Virus record (IMG/VR): IMGVR_UViG_2744054526_000001
Coordinates: 1-64,000 of that record
Strand: one strand, 5' to 3'
DNA: 64,000 bases
Source: a virus
Lineage: Duplodnaviria > Caudoviricetes
Part shown: piece after piece, positions 29,997 through 40,053 of the stretch
How the letters are laid out: every line of letters starts with the position of its first letter
Position numbering within the stretch: the stretch's first letter is position 1
The notes under the pieces: generated by a model
What the model was told of the DNA's origin: nothing
The model's database searches: none
Seen by the model: the letters and a program-made list of their open reading frames with translations, nothing else
Made by a program: the position numbers and the translations under genes

Positions 29997-32081
29997 ATGA
30001 ACGCTGAGACTATTAAAGATTTCCTCGTCTCGCTCGGTTTTGATATCGACGAAGCGGGTGCATCAAAATTCGACTCAGTTCTCGCCGGTACGACCGCAAA
30101 CGCTATCAAAATGGGGCTGGCCGTCGAAGGTGCCGCGCTTACCGTGGTGGCCTTCACGGCTAAGATCGCCTCGGGGCTGGATAATCTCTACTGGGCGTCA
30201 CAGCGCACCGGCGCGACGGTTCAGGGGATTCAGTCTATTGGCTATGCGGTTTCGCAGGTCGGCGGAAATGCTGAAGCGGCAAAAGGCTCACTGGAAAGCC
30301 TGGCCCGATTTGTGCGAACCAACCCCGGTGCAGAAGGATTCCTGAACCGCCTGGGCGTACAGACCCGTGATGCCAGCGGTAACATGCGCGACATGGCCGC
30401 CATTTTCACGGGCGTCGGCCAGAAGCTCAGCAACATGCCGTACTATCGGGCGAATCAGTATGCCCAAATGCTCGGCATCGATGAAAATACGCTGATGGCA
30501 ATGCGGCGCGGGATCGGTCAGTTCAGCGCTCAGTATTCTGAAATGACAAAGGCGATTGGCTTCAATGCGGAGCAGGCCGCCGTGTCGTCAAATCGGTTTA
30601 TGACCTCACTAAAAGCATTCGGCGAAATGGCCGGAATGGCCCGAGACAAAATCGGCTCTAACCTTGCTGAAGGAATGGCTGGTTCGATCGATAATCTTCG
30701 CAAACGCATACTCGAAAATTTCCCCAAAATTGAAACCACTATCACAAAGATTGTGAAGGGGATTCTCTGGCTGGGGGATATCGTCGGGCGCGTGGCGTTT
30801 CGAATTGTTGAAGGTGTAGGGGATATTATCGACTGGTGGGGAAAACTGGATAAAGAAACGAAAACCCTGATAGAGGTTATCGGTGGTCTGGTTGTCGCCA
30901 TGCGGATACTTAACTCTACTTTCTGGATGTCACCTATAGGGCTGATTACTGGCCTGATCGTGGCGCTAGGTCTTTTGTGGGAAGACTACAAAACATGGAA
31001 AGAAGGTGGTAACAGTCTTATTGACTGGGAAAAATGGCAGCCAGCGATAGACAAAGCGAAGAATGCGATTACCTGGTTCCGCGACAAATTACTCGAACTG
31101 AAAGACAGCGTGGGGGGATGGCAAAAATCATTCGAAATCCTCGGTACATTCATCGCTGGAGTGTGGGTATCCAAAGTTTTGGGTGCTTTCGGAAAAATAT
31201 CAGGCCTGCCGATCCCTCCCTGGCTTAAATTGTGGGCGCTTTACGCCGGTTATCTTGCCTCTGATAAAGAGAATATCAAGGACAGTGCCCAGTCATCATT
31301 GAATTACACGAAGCGAATTATTGGCGACACTCTGGCTGCTGTCGGCATTAAAACCGACATCGGTCATAAAGATGTCAGCGAAGTTCGTGAGTGGCCAGCG
31401 TGGATGGACTGGTTACATGGCGGGCCTGGTAAAGTTATCCGTCAGGCGCAGAGTAATGGCGTTGTGTACGGGGATAATATCCAGTCTGATATCCCCGGCG
31501 CAGAGCCAGAACAGTACGGCCAGTCAGTTAAACGACCACAGCCAACAAAGGCGGGATCTCAGTTACTGGGCTGGATGCAGCCGATGCTTTCCAGCCTGGA
31601 GCAGCTCTACCGGCTTCCGGAAGGTTTGCTGCGCAGTGTGGCCATCACGGAATCGGGCGGTAATCAATTCGCCGTTTCTGGCGCTGGCGCTAAAGGTCTG
31701 TTTCAGTTCATGGACGGCACGGCGCGCGATATGGGGCTGCGCGGGAATGATGTTTTCGACCCGGAGAAGGCCGCGAAGGCAGCCGCCAAGTATCTTTCAC
31801 AGCTGCTGCAGGCGAACGGCGGTGACCTGAGCAAGGCGCTGGCCTCATACAACTGGGGGATCGGGAACGTGCAGAAGCACGGGATGGCCCTTATGCCTCA
31901 GGAAACGCGTAACTATATCCCCAAAGTAATGAGCAACATGCCCGGGAAGGCAAGCCTCAACCAGCAGACAGTAATAAACGTCCATGGCGTAAACAGCCCT
32001 CAGGAAGCAGCCAATCTGGTTGCCGACAAGCAAGGAGCCGTTAACGCCAGGGCGGTACAGCAATTGAAAGGACCTGCATAA
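29997..32081 (+). CDS. Tape measure protein with C-terminal lytic transglycosylase
   Basis: Ala/Gly-rich helical body; ES..AVS.AGAKGLFQFM, ASYNWG, ETRNY. Confidence 0.88.
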   Translation: MNAETIKDFLVSLGFDIDEAGASKFDSVLAGTTANAIKMGLAVEGAALTVVAFTAKIASGLDNLYWASQRTGATVQGIQSIGYAVSQVGGNAEAAKGSLESLARFVRTNPGAEGFLNRLGVQTRDASGNMRDMAAIFTGVGQKLSNMPYYRANQYAQMLGIDENTLMAMRRGIGQFSAQYSEMTKAIGFNAEQAAVSSNRFMTSLKAFGEMAGMARDKIGSNLAEGMAGSIDNLRKRILENFPKIETTITKIVKGILWLGDIVGRVAFRIVEGVGDIIDWWGKLDKETKTLIEVIGGLVVAMRILNSTFWMSPIGLITGLIVALGLLWEDYKTWKEGGNSLIDWEKWQPAIDKAKNAITWFRDKLLELKDSVGGWQKSFEILGTFIAGVWVSKVLGAFGKISGLPIPPWLKLWALYAGYLASDKENIKDSAQSSLNYTKRIIGDTLAAVGIKTDIGHKDVSEVREWPAWMDWLHGGPGKVIRQAQSNGVVYGDNIQSDIPGAEPEQYGQSVKRPQPTKAGSQLLGWMQPMLSSLEQLYRLPEGLLRSVAITESGGNQFAVSGAGAKGLFQFMDGTARDMGLRGNDVFDPEKAAKAAAKYLSQLLQANGGDLSKALASYNWGIGNVQKHGMALMPQETRNYIPKVMSNMPGKASLNQQTVINVHGVNSPQEAANLVADKQGAVNARAVQQLKGPA

Positions 32082-32731
32082 TGGACTTTTTATCTGTTTT
32101 GCTGCAACAGCGAACCCGCTCGATAGGGATTATCATCCCTGATGTGGTTATCACTGAAAAACATAGCGATGCTCTGGAGATCACGGAGCATCCTGTCGAG
32201 CAGCCTACCAATGCTGGAGCCAGTGGTGAGGGGGCAGGCTATATATCAGAGCACGCTTTCAGACGACCATCTGAAGTTGTCATGGAAACCGGCTTTTCCG
32301 GCGGCGGTTCGTTGCTTGATTTCGCCGATACCTCAGCTATTGGTCTTTCGCTTGGGCTGAGCCCGAAAGAGGTGTATCAGGAGCTGCTTAATCTGCAGCG
32401 AGATCGAATTCCTTTCGACGTGACAACCGGCAAGCGTATTTACAACAACATGTTGATAAAGACGCTGGAGGTTACGACTGATAAGAACAGCGAGAATGTC
32501 CTTTTGGCGACCCTCACTCTGCGGGAAGTGATCATTACCTCTACGCAGACGGTTAATGTGGCCTCGAAAAACAATATGACCGAGGGGGTAGGTACGTCTG
32601 CTGTGCAGAATACGGGAACCAAAACAACGGTTCCACCGAATAATTCCATTCTAAAATCACTGCCACAGATGGCGCAAAAAGGTATTACCAGCGTGGATGG
32701 ATATCTGAGTGATTTATTTCTTGGAGGGTGA
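32081..32731 (+). CDS. Baseplate/tube initiator protein
   Basis: ITEHPVE motif; follows tape measure. Confidence 0.7.
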   Translation: MDFLSVLLQQRTRSIGIIIPDVVITEKHSDALEITEHPVEQPTNAGASGEGAGYISEHAFRRPSEVVMETGFSGGGSLLDFADTSAIGLSLGLSPKEVYQELLNLQRDRIPFDVTTGKRIYNNMLIKTLEVTTDKNSENVLLATLTLREVIITSTQTVNVASKNNMTEGVGTSAVQNTGTKTTVPPNNSILKSLPQMAQKGITSVDGYLSDLFLGG

Positions 32732-32734
32732 TTG

Positions 32735-33037
32735 ATGAATGCTGTAGAAATCCCGCTGGTGGCCGACAATCAGACGTTTGCCACTACCATTAATGGTGCA
32801 CTTTACCATCTGTCTATCACCTGGCGCGGCGTGTACTGGGTTCTGGATCTTGCCGATGGTAACGGGGCTACCATCATCTCCGGTATGCCGATGATTACGG
32901 GGGCTGACCTGCTGGCGCAGTATCGGTATATGAATCTTGGGTTCTCGCTGGTGGTGCTCTGCGACGTAGCGGGACAGGAAAACCCAACGCAATTTGATCT
33001 CGGGACGTTCTCACATCTTTACGTCTTTACGGAGTAG
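32735..33037 (+). CDS. Baseplate protein
   Basis: G.DLLAQY motif; synteny. Confidence 0.65.
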   Translation: MNAVEIPLVADNQTFATTINGALYHLSITWRGVYWVLDLADGNGATIISGMPMITGADLLAQYRYMNLGFSLVVLCDVAGQENPTQFDLGTFSHLYVFTE

Positions 33038-33039
33038 CA

Positions 33040-34071
33040 ATGTCAAAAAACTGGATGCGTCACTTTGAATTATTGCTTGTTGACGATAAGGGCGATGGAA
33101 TAAAAATTTCCGAGCTTAAAGTTACTTTCAATATTCAGAAAATGCCAGCAACCATATTTAATGGGTTCGTTGGTAATTTTAAAGTTTATAATCTGTCCCC
33201 TACTACTCAGAACCGGATTACGCAGAAGGAATTCTCGCGCATACAGGTTATTGCCGGTTATAAGGGGCTGCCTGATGCAACGGGTAATTATCCGGACGAA
33301 AATATTGGCATGATATTTAACGGTGATATTCGTTTCACTATCACGGGAAAAGACAATGCTACTGACAGCTGGATCATGCTGCAGTGTATCGACAGTTGGG
33401 AAGGTCATCTGAACGCCAGTGTGAAAACCACGGTGGCGGCAGGGTGGAAGTACAGCGACCTGTTCAGTCTGGGCATGAAATCTTTCGGTCCTTATGGCAT
33501 TGAATCCGGCGCAGTTCCGGATATGCCCGAGACAGTTTTCCCTCGAGGGCGAGTTGTGTACCAGAACACAGCAAGGCTGATGAATCACATTGCCGGCCAG
33601 TGTAAGGCCAACTGGTGGTATGAGAACAATCAGGTCAACATCGTGCCTGAGAATAACTACATTGGCGTTGCTACGGTACTGAATGCCAATACGGGGTTAA
33701 TCGGCATGCCGCAACAAACAATGGGGGCTGGCGTAAACGTTCGATGCCTGATTAACCCGAATATAAAGATGGGTAGTCTTATCCGCCTGGATCAGGCATC
33801 TGTTTATCGTGCGTCTCTGAGCAATGACCAGATAGCCCAATCCCCGGCACCATTGGGAGAATCGGAAAGCGACGGCAATCTCTACGTTAATGGTCTTCCT
33901 GGTATGTCGCAACCTGCCAGCGTTAATACTGATGGTGATTACATTGTGGGCAGCATCGACTATACTGGCGATACTCGCGGGCAGGCGTGGTATATGGACC
34001 TGCTTTGCCTGGCTAAAGGTGGCAAAGAATTGCTTAACTCGAAAGGGATTGATGCGGCGCAATACACATGA
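33040..34071 (+). CDS. Baseplate hub protein
   Basis: VYNLS, TGLIGMP, GDTRGQAW. Confidence 0.75.
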   Translation: MSKNWMRHFELLLVDDKGDGIKISELKVTFNIQKMPATIFNGFVGNFKVYNLSPTTQNRITQKEFSRIQVIAGYKGLPDATGNYPDENIGMIFNGDIRFTITGKDNATDSWIMLQCIDSWEGHLNASVKTTVAAGWKYSDLFSLGMKSFGPYGIESGAVPDMPETVFPRGRVVYQNTARLMNHIAGQCKANWWYENNQVNIVPENNYIGVATVLNANTGLIGMPQQTMGAGVNVRCLINPNIKMGSLIRLDQASVYRASLSNDQIAQSPAPLGESESDGNLYVNGLPGMSQPASVNTDGDYIVGSIDYTGDTRGQAWYMDLLCLAKGGKELLNSKGIDAAQYT

Positions 34072-34403
34072 AAAAACTATTATTGGCGTTTTTGCTCGTC
34101 GGTATGTCTTCCGCCTCTTTTGCTGATACTGGATGCGGCCCATTCACGATCAACTGGAAAGCGCAAGATGGACTCGCAAGGGTTAATGGCCTGAAACCGG
34201 AAACCCAGAAAATCACTTTTCTTAAACAAAAGGGTGATTATGACAATGTGAACATCCAATGGATGGTACCGGGGAATGGACGCTGGTTAGGTATGGATTT
34301 TGTAGCCAGAAATGGCAAGCCGATCCTGAACGTCGAAGTTGTGCGTAAGAACATGGACGAGCCGCGAGAATTCTGGACTTATGACTGCCGGAAGGTGAAG
34401 TGA
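34068..34403 (+). CDS. Exported protein of unknown function
   Basis: Sec signal MKKLLLAFLLVGMSSASFA; two Cys. Confidence 0.75.
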   Translation: MKKLLLAFLLVGMSSASFADTGCGPFTINWKAQDGLARVNGLKPETQKITFLKQKGDYDNVNIQWMVPGNGRWLGMDFVARNGKPILNVEVVRKNMDEPREFWTYDCRKVK

Positions 34404-34431
34404 GTTCGACGTTGTTTAGGCAGCCCTACAA

Positions 34432-34460
34432 TTGGTGTTAAACTGCATAGGTGTTACTAT
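34432..34460 (+). promoter_or_regulatory. Putative sigma70 promoter of moron
   Basis: TTGGTG-N17-TACTAT with extended -10 TG. Confidence 0.55.
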
Positions 34461-34493
34461 TGTCCGGTCAAAATATGGAAACTGGCGTCGACT

Positions 34494-35294
34494 ATGCAAC
34501 CAAAAACACAAGAATCTAAGGATATTCAAACAGTTAACAGAGTGGTTATGACTCTGCGACCTTACTTGTGTTTTGAACAGGATATTACCGTTTTCGTAAA
34601 AGAGCGCACTGCGAAGCAGATCGAAGAGATACAGGACCCGGGGCTAAAATGCTCTGCATTATCCGTTTTCTACTTCACCCTGGGAGATATCGAACGTGGT
34701 AAATCTCATGCGGAAGAAACGTTGAAATATCTACCTACAGATACTGTAGCATGGCGGCACTACACTTTAGGACTGTTCTGGCGTTGCGGTGCAGTTGAGG
34801 CTTTAAATGTGGCTAAGCGCGGATTTGATGCGACCAATAGTCCAATTCTTGCCAGTGACGCATATTACTATTCGTCTTCAGTTGCGGATTTTTCATACTT
34901 TCTCGAAATGCGCGAGTTCCTTTTACGCACAGAAATGTACGAGAAATTCAGGGAACAAGATCAGGAGCCTGATATGTTGCGGAGCCTGGAGTATGCCAAT
35001 ATAGCCCGTCGGTACAACAAAGAAGATGTGATCAAAAACATCTCAGCTTTGATGTATGAAAAACTGGATTTGGTGCAAAAGCTGGACTCTGCCGTTCGCC
35101 TTCTTGATGTTACTGAGGACGGCGAAGAGCCAGAACTTATTTTTGAAATGTATGTAAATAAGGCTGATGCAGAAACATGCGCAGCCATGAATGTTGAGCT
35201 TATTTCAGCTCGCGTACGTTCTGGGTTAACCGACTGGAGTGTTGGTGGGGTTTATGTCGCTCATAATAAAGAGGACATGCTGCAATGCCAGTAA
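34494..35294 (+). CDS. Hypothetical protein with TPR-like repeats (moron)
   Basis: ALSVFYFTLGDIERGKSHAEETLKYLPTDTVAWRHY fits a TPR pattern; not a structural-gene homolog I recognise. Confidence 0.7.
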   Translation: MQPKTQESKDIQTVNRVVMTLRPYLCFEQDITVFVKERTAKQIEEIQDPGLKCSALSVFYFTLGDIERGKSHAEETLKYLPTDTVAWRHYTLGLFWRCGAVEALNVAKRGFDATNSPILASDAYYYSSSVADFSYFLEMREFLLRTEMYEKFREQDQEPDMLRSLEYANIARRYNKEDVIKNISALMYEKLDLVQKLDSAVRLLDVTEDGEEPELIFEMYVNKADAETCAAMNVELISARVRSGLTDWSVGGVYVAHNKEDMLQCQ

Positions 35295-35665
35295 CGCCAA
35301 GGGATTTTCTTGCTGTAGCTTCCGACCTACCAGTTTCTGATGAAATGCTTAATCGAAATGCTGTTAGCAGGGCCTACTATTCAGGCTATTTGCATGTTAA
35401 TAAAAAAGTGGTTGCTTTGAATTTGCCGCTTCCTAAAGTTAATGGCGGTGTACACGCCCGTTTGATTAACGGCCTGAACAATGGGGCGTGCAGTGACTTA
35501 AATAACGGAATTAGTCATGACGTGCAGCTTGAAATTGCAGGATTACTTAGCCTGTCAAAGCAACTCAGAACAAAAGCCGATTATAAGCTGAACATGACCA
35601 TCAACAACACTGATAAGGCTACCGCGATAGCGAATGCTAAAGCGGTGTTTGCATTACTTCCATAG
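35285..35665 (+). CDS. HEPN-domain protein (moron)
   Basis: RNAVSRAYYSGY..H..LRTKADY; 10-nt overlap with upstream gene. Confidence 0.75.
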   Translation: MPVTPRDFLAVASDLPVSDEMLNRNAVSRAYYSGYLHVNKKVVALNLPLPKVNGGVHARLINGLNNGACSDLNNGISHDVQLEIAGLLSLSKQLRTKADYKLNMTINNTDKATAIANAKAVFALLP

Positions 35666-35684
35666 AAAGAAAATTAACCGTATC

Positions 35685-35710
35685 AAACCCGCCTCCGAGC
35701 GGGTTTTTTT
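35685..35710 (+). terminator. Moron terminator
   Basis: AAACCCGC-CTCCGA-GCGGGTTTTTTT. Confidence 0.8.
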
Positions 35711-35725
35711 ATGTCTGGAGAAAAT

Positions 35726-36481
35726 ATGCCAGTTTCACTTTCCTCCCAACTGGGTAGCAAAGAGCAGGCTGATGCAAGCCTCGCAGGTTCCATCATGTCA
35801 GCGTTACGCGTTTCTATGCCTGGAATTGTTCAGTCATTTGATCCAGACACTGTAACGGCAGTTGTCCAACCCGCTATCAAAGGCTACGAGCCTGATTCAA
35901 ACGGCGTCAACCAGTCGACGACATTACCGCTGCTGGTGGATGTGCCGGTGATATTTCCGCGCGGCGGAGGATGCACGCTAACGTTCCCGGTTAAAGCCGG
36001 TGATGAATGCCTGGTGATTTTCGCCGATCGCTGCATCGATTTCTGGTGGCAGAACGGCGGGGTGCAGGAGCCTGTCGACGACCGGGTGCATGACTTATCG
36101 GATGCGTTCTGTATCGTCGGGCCGCAGTCACAGGCGCAGAAAATCAGCGGAATCAGCACCAGCGCCGCGCAACTGCGTACTGATGATGGCGCTGCGTTTG
36201 TGGAAGTGGCCGCAGGCCATAACATCACGGTTAAAACCCCCGGCGCGTTGACGGCGACAGCAGAAGGAGGAACCACGATTACATCACCCACCATTACGCT
36301 AAACGGCAACGTGACTATAAACGGGAACCTCTCTCAGGGTATGGGCGAAAGCGGCGGTGCCGCGACGATGCTCGGCCCTGTCACGGTGACTAACGATGTA
36401 AAAGCCGGTGGTAAGAGCCTGATGACGCATACGCACGGCGGAGTACAGACCGGCGGCGGTAACACAGGAGCGCCTAACTGA
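35726..36481 (+). CDS. Baseplate spike (Gp138/gpV-like)
   Basis: VPVIFPRGGG, GDECLV, HDLSDA, C-terminal HTH motif. Confidence 0.85.
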   Translation: MPVSLSSQLGSKEQADASLAGSIMSALRVSMPGIVQSFDPDTVTAVVQPAIKGYEPDSNGVNQSTTLPLLVDVPVIFPRGGGCTLTFPVKAGDECLVIFADRCIDFWWQNGGVQEPVDDRVHDLSDAFCIVGPQSQAQKISGISTSAAQLRTDDGAAFVEVAAGHNITVKTPGALTATAEGGTTITSPTITLNGNVTINGNLSQGMGESGGAATMLGPVTVTNDVKAGGKSLMTHTHGGVQTGGGNTGAPN

Positions 36482-36834
36482 TGCGATACAGACGTGAAGA
36501 CGCCGACGGTGATTACACCTTTGGCAGCGGCGATGATACCTGGCTGATTAACTCACCTGAGGCCGTGGCGCAGGCTGTAAAAACGCGATTCGAATTGTGG
36601 TATGGGCAATGGTTTCTCGACACCACCGAGGGGGCACCGTGGATTCAGTCGGTACTCGGTAAGCAGAAGCCGGAAACCTATAACCTGGCGATCCGTAAGC
36701 GCATCCTCGAAACGCGGGGCGTTAAATCCATCCTCTCTTTCAATACGACAGTGAACACTACGACGCGCCGCGTCCAGTTCTTCGCTGAAATCGACACCAT
36801 CTACGGAACAACGACAGTAACCAGCGAGGCATAA
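36481..36834 (+). CDS. Baseplate wedge protein
   Basis: WFLDTTEG; synteny. Confidence 0.7.
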   Translation: MRYRREDADGDYTFGSGDDTWLINSPEAVAQAVKTRFELWYGQWFLDTTEGAPWIQSVLGKQKPETYNLAIRKRILETRGVKSILSFNTTVNTTTRRVQFFAEIDTIYGTTTVTSEA

Positions 36835-38031
36835 ATGGCCCTCAATTTGGACACACTCGGCTTATCGGCAACGGTAACAGCTGAGGGGATCAGTGCGCCT
36901 GATTACCAGACGATACTCGATACTCTGACGAGCTATTTCCAGCAGATTTACGGCAGTGATGCTTATCTGGAGCCAGACAGCAAAGACGGCCAGATGGTGG
37001 CTATATATGCTCTGGCTATTCACGATGCCAACAATACAGCTATAGCGGTCTATAACTCCTTTTCTCCGTCAACAGGTATCGGTCGCGCACTTTCAAGCAA
37101 CGTAAAAATCAACGGTATTGTCAGGAAGGGAGCCACCAACTCAACTTCAGATCTTGTTCTGGAAGGTGAGCCCGGAACGCTCATCACTGCAGGCATGGTG
37201 CGAGATGAAAATGGGAAACTATGGGCTCTACCAACAAACATCAATATTCCGCCATCGGAGACCGTGACCGTAACCGCTACGTGTACGACACCCGGAGCCG
37301 TTGCTGCGCTGGCTGGCACCATCAGGAACATTGCAACCCCTACCCGCGGCTGGCGAACGGCCACCAACCCGGCAGCGGCCACGCTCGGGCAACCCGGGGA
37401 AAACGATCCGCAGCTACGTGTCAGGCAGTCAAGAAGCACAGCATTACCTTCCAAGACGACCATTGATGGGATGGATGGGTCTTTGCTGGATATTTCCGGT
37501 GTAACACGTGTACGTATTTACGAGAACGACACGGACACCACTGACAGCAATGGTCTGCCACAACACTCGATATGTGCAGTGGTGGAAGGCGGCGACGCTA
37601 CTGAAATAGCCACTGTCCTGTCTAAGAAGAAGGACCAGGGGACTTTCACCTTTGGTACTACCGCCGTCGACATCACCGGAAAGTACGGTGAACCGAAAAC
37701 AATCAGGTTCAGCAGGCCAACAATCGTCAACATATTTGTTGATATTGAACTGACCACTTACCCGGGCTATACATCGCAGATTGCAGATCAGATGAAGGTG
37801 GAGATTGCAAAGTACATCAACAGTCTTGGTATTGGCGAGAATGTACTCATCAGCCGGATTTATTCACCTGCCAACCTCGGGGTAATGAGTGGAGGGGCCA
37901 GCCGTTATTACGATATCACCTCACTGAAAATTGGTAAGACGGCCAACGGGGTAAGTGCGGCGAACGTGGACATTCTGTTTAACGAAGCCGCTGCTGGGGA
38001 AGTTGCCAACATTAAGGTGACACCGGTATGA
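36835..38031 (+). CDS. Baseplate J/gp47-like protein
   Basis: 398 aa; G.E.D..LR.R and YENDT. Confidence 0.85.
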   Translation: MALNLDTLGLSATVTAEGISAPDYQTILDTLTSYFQQIYGSDAYLEPDSKDGQMVAIYALAIHDANNTAIAVYNSFSPSTGIGRALSSNVKINGIVRKGATNSTSDLVLEGEPGTLITAGMVRDENGKLWALPTNINIPPSETVTVTATCTTPGAVAALAGTIRNIATPTRGWRTATNPAAATLGQPGENDPQLRVRQSRSTALPSKTTIDGMDGSLLDISGVTRVRIYENDTDTTDSNGLPQHSICAVVEGGDATEIATVLSKKKDQGTFTFGTTAVDITGKYGEPKTIRFSRPTIVNIFVDIELTTYPGYTSQIADQMKVEIAKYINSLGIGENVLISRIYSPANLGVMSGGASRYYDITSLKIGKTANGVSAANVDILFNEAAAGEVANIKVTPV

Positions 38032-38684
38032 GCAAATACACGGAAAGAATAACGAATTACCACGCTACTAAGCCTCTTTTTGAACAACACGTTGACCTGA
38101 TAACCCGGCCATTAACCGACATCGTAAAATCACAGGAAAGCTTTATAGCTGCGTTTGACCTCGATCGGGCCGTGGGTGTGCAGCTCGACGTCGTTGGGGA
38201 ATGGGTGGGGCGTGGCAGAACAGTGAGCGTACCTATCGCGGACGTCTATTTCTCCTGGGACACTGAAGGGCTTGGATGGGATCAAGGTAGCTGGCAAGGG
38301 CCATTCGACCCTGATACGGGTTTCACCCGTCTGAGTGACGATACGTACCGTGTGGTACTGAAAGCGCAAATCGCGATTAACACCTGGGATGGCACGATCG
38401 GCCATCTTGAGGACATTCTCGAAACCATCTTTGCCGGTTCCGGAATAGAAATGCAGATCATCGACAACCAGGACATGAGCATCACGATAAATGCTATCGC
38501 CATTAATGGAATAGCAAACACATCGGCTGAGCTTATTTCCGTTATCAAAGCAGGCGAGCTGAATATCAAAGCCGGTGGCGTGAGAGTTAAAAACCTCAAT
38601 GTCATTGATCCCGCTCGTCCTCTATTCGGTTTTGACACACAGAGTATCGCTATAGCCGGTTATGACGCCGGATACTGGAGCTAA
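38028..38684 (+). CDS. Baseplate protein (DUF2612)
   Basis: AVGVQLDVVGEWVG; LSDDTYR. Confidence 0.8.
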   Translation: MSKYTERITNYHATKPLFEQHVDLITRPLTDIVKSQESFIAAFDLDRAVGVQLDVVGEWVGRGRTVSVPIADVYFSWDTEGLGWDQGSWQGPFDPDTGFTRLSDDTYRVVLKAQIAINTWDGTIGHLEDILETIFAGSGIEMQIIDNQDMSITINAIAINGIANTSAELISVIKAGELNIKAGGVRVKNLNVIDPARPLFGFDTQSIAIAGYDAGYWS

Positions 38685-38687
38685 TAA

Positions 38688-40052
38688 ATGGCAAAAAACG
38701 AGTTTAAACCCTTCTCCACTGCGGGCGGGGCTAACGTTATTTCACAGGCTGACTATGAGGTCTTGGCAGCCCTGTCAACCGGATTCACCTCAGGAGTGGC
38801 AAAGGCTAACGAAATTAACAAAGTCCTGCGGCAGGCATCTTTCGTTGCAGCTGCACTCGCTCAGTTTATCAGTGACAAAACCAATAGTAATGTACTGGAC
38901 GATGGCAGTCTGTCTGGGTTTGAAACGAAACTGATTGCAGCCCTTAATGCACTTTCACAGCCGCTGGATGCCACGCTTACAGCGCTCGCCGGGTTGCAAA
39001 CTGGCCCTAATAAAGTCCCCTATTTTACGGACGCGGATATTGCGGCACTGACAGACCTGACTGTAGTGGGGAGAAATATTATAGGAAAAGGGTCTGTCAG
39101 CGAGGTAGTGCAATATCTCGGATTACAAAATGCCCTGGTTAAGGGTTCTTATGGGTTAGGGTCACGGGATAGCCAGAGCGCGGCCAGCAAAGAGCATGTT
39201 GGTAGTTTTTTCTACGAGCCCTTTCAGCCTGGCACCCTTTATCCAGATAGTGTTGTTGCCATCGAATCCGCAGGCCCCACAACTCAGGAGTGGGGGCAGT
39301 TTGCGGTTTCCTATGGTGCTGCTATTCGAGTTTTTGCTGCTCACAAATCATATTCAGGTCAGCCTGAAACGACGGAGCTTTACCATGACCAAAGGAAACC
39401 AACGGCCAGTGATGTAGGGGCATATCCTTTAACTGGTGGCATTCTTAACGGCAATATGTCCGCTACGGGCAGCGTAACATCTGGGGCCGGGAAAGATATT
39501 TCATCAGCTCAGGATTTATGGGCAGGAAGAGATATCTATGCTCACCGAAATTTAAGCGTGACCTCCATTGCCTCAGTCGGTTCTGATTTGACTGTTGGAG
39601 GCAGCGTTGGTGTTACGGGAAACGTCGATGCTGGTGGCTTTGTTCGCTCAGGTGCTGGTAAGGATGTGGTATCACAAAATGATATCTGGGCATCTCGAAA
39701 TATTTATGAAAATGGCCAGCGTGTCTATAGCCCAAACAACCCACCGCCTAATAAATTCAGCAAATCGCTGAATACCATTTCATGGGAAAAAAACCTTGAA
39801 ACGGGTGTAATTCGACAATGGGGATATGTTGCTGTTAGCGATAATGATTTTGTCAGCGTAAACTTACCGCTAGCGTTTCCTTCTTCCTTCTTGTGTCTTA
39901 ACGTTACTCCAAGTGCAGCAGGACGGATTGCGGGTGAGTATGTTCTATCCGCGCATGGGCAAATCACCAGCAACACTACATTTGGTGTTGGGCTGTCTGC
40001 TAATTTTCAGGGTAGTTATACGGGCGTGTATTTCGAGGCAATAGGAGTTTAA
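38688..40052 (+). CDS. Tail fiber protein
   Basis: NKVLRQ N-terminus, QPLDATLTALAGL repeat, C-terminal IRQWG domain. Confidence 0.85.
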   Translation: MAKNEFKPFSTAGGANVISQADYEVLAALSTGFTSGVAKANEINKVLRQASFVAAALAQFISDKTNSNVLDDGSLSGFETKLIAALNALSQPLDATLTALAGLQTGPNKVPYFTDADIAALTDLTVVGRNIIGKGSVSEVVQYLGLQNALVKGSYGLGSRDSQSAASKEHVGSFFYEPFQPGTLYPDSVVAIESAGPTTQEWGQFAVSYGAAIRVFAAHKSYSGQPETTELYHDQRKPTASDVGAYPLTGGILNGNMSATGSVTSGAGKDISSAQDLWAGRDIYAHRNLSVTSIASVGSDLTVGGSVGVTGNVDAGGFVRSGAGKDVVSQNDIWASRNIYENGQRVYSPNNPPPNKFSKSLNTISWEKNLETGVIRQWGYVAVSDNDFVSVNLPLAFPSSFLCLNVTPSAAGRIAGEYVLSAHGQITSNTTFGVGLSANFQGSYTGVYFEAIGV

Positions 40053-40053
40053 T

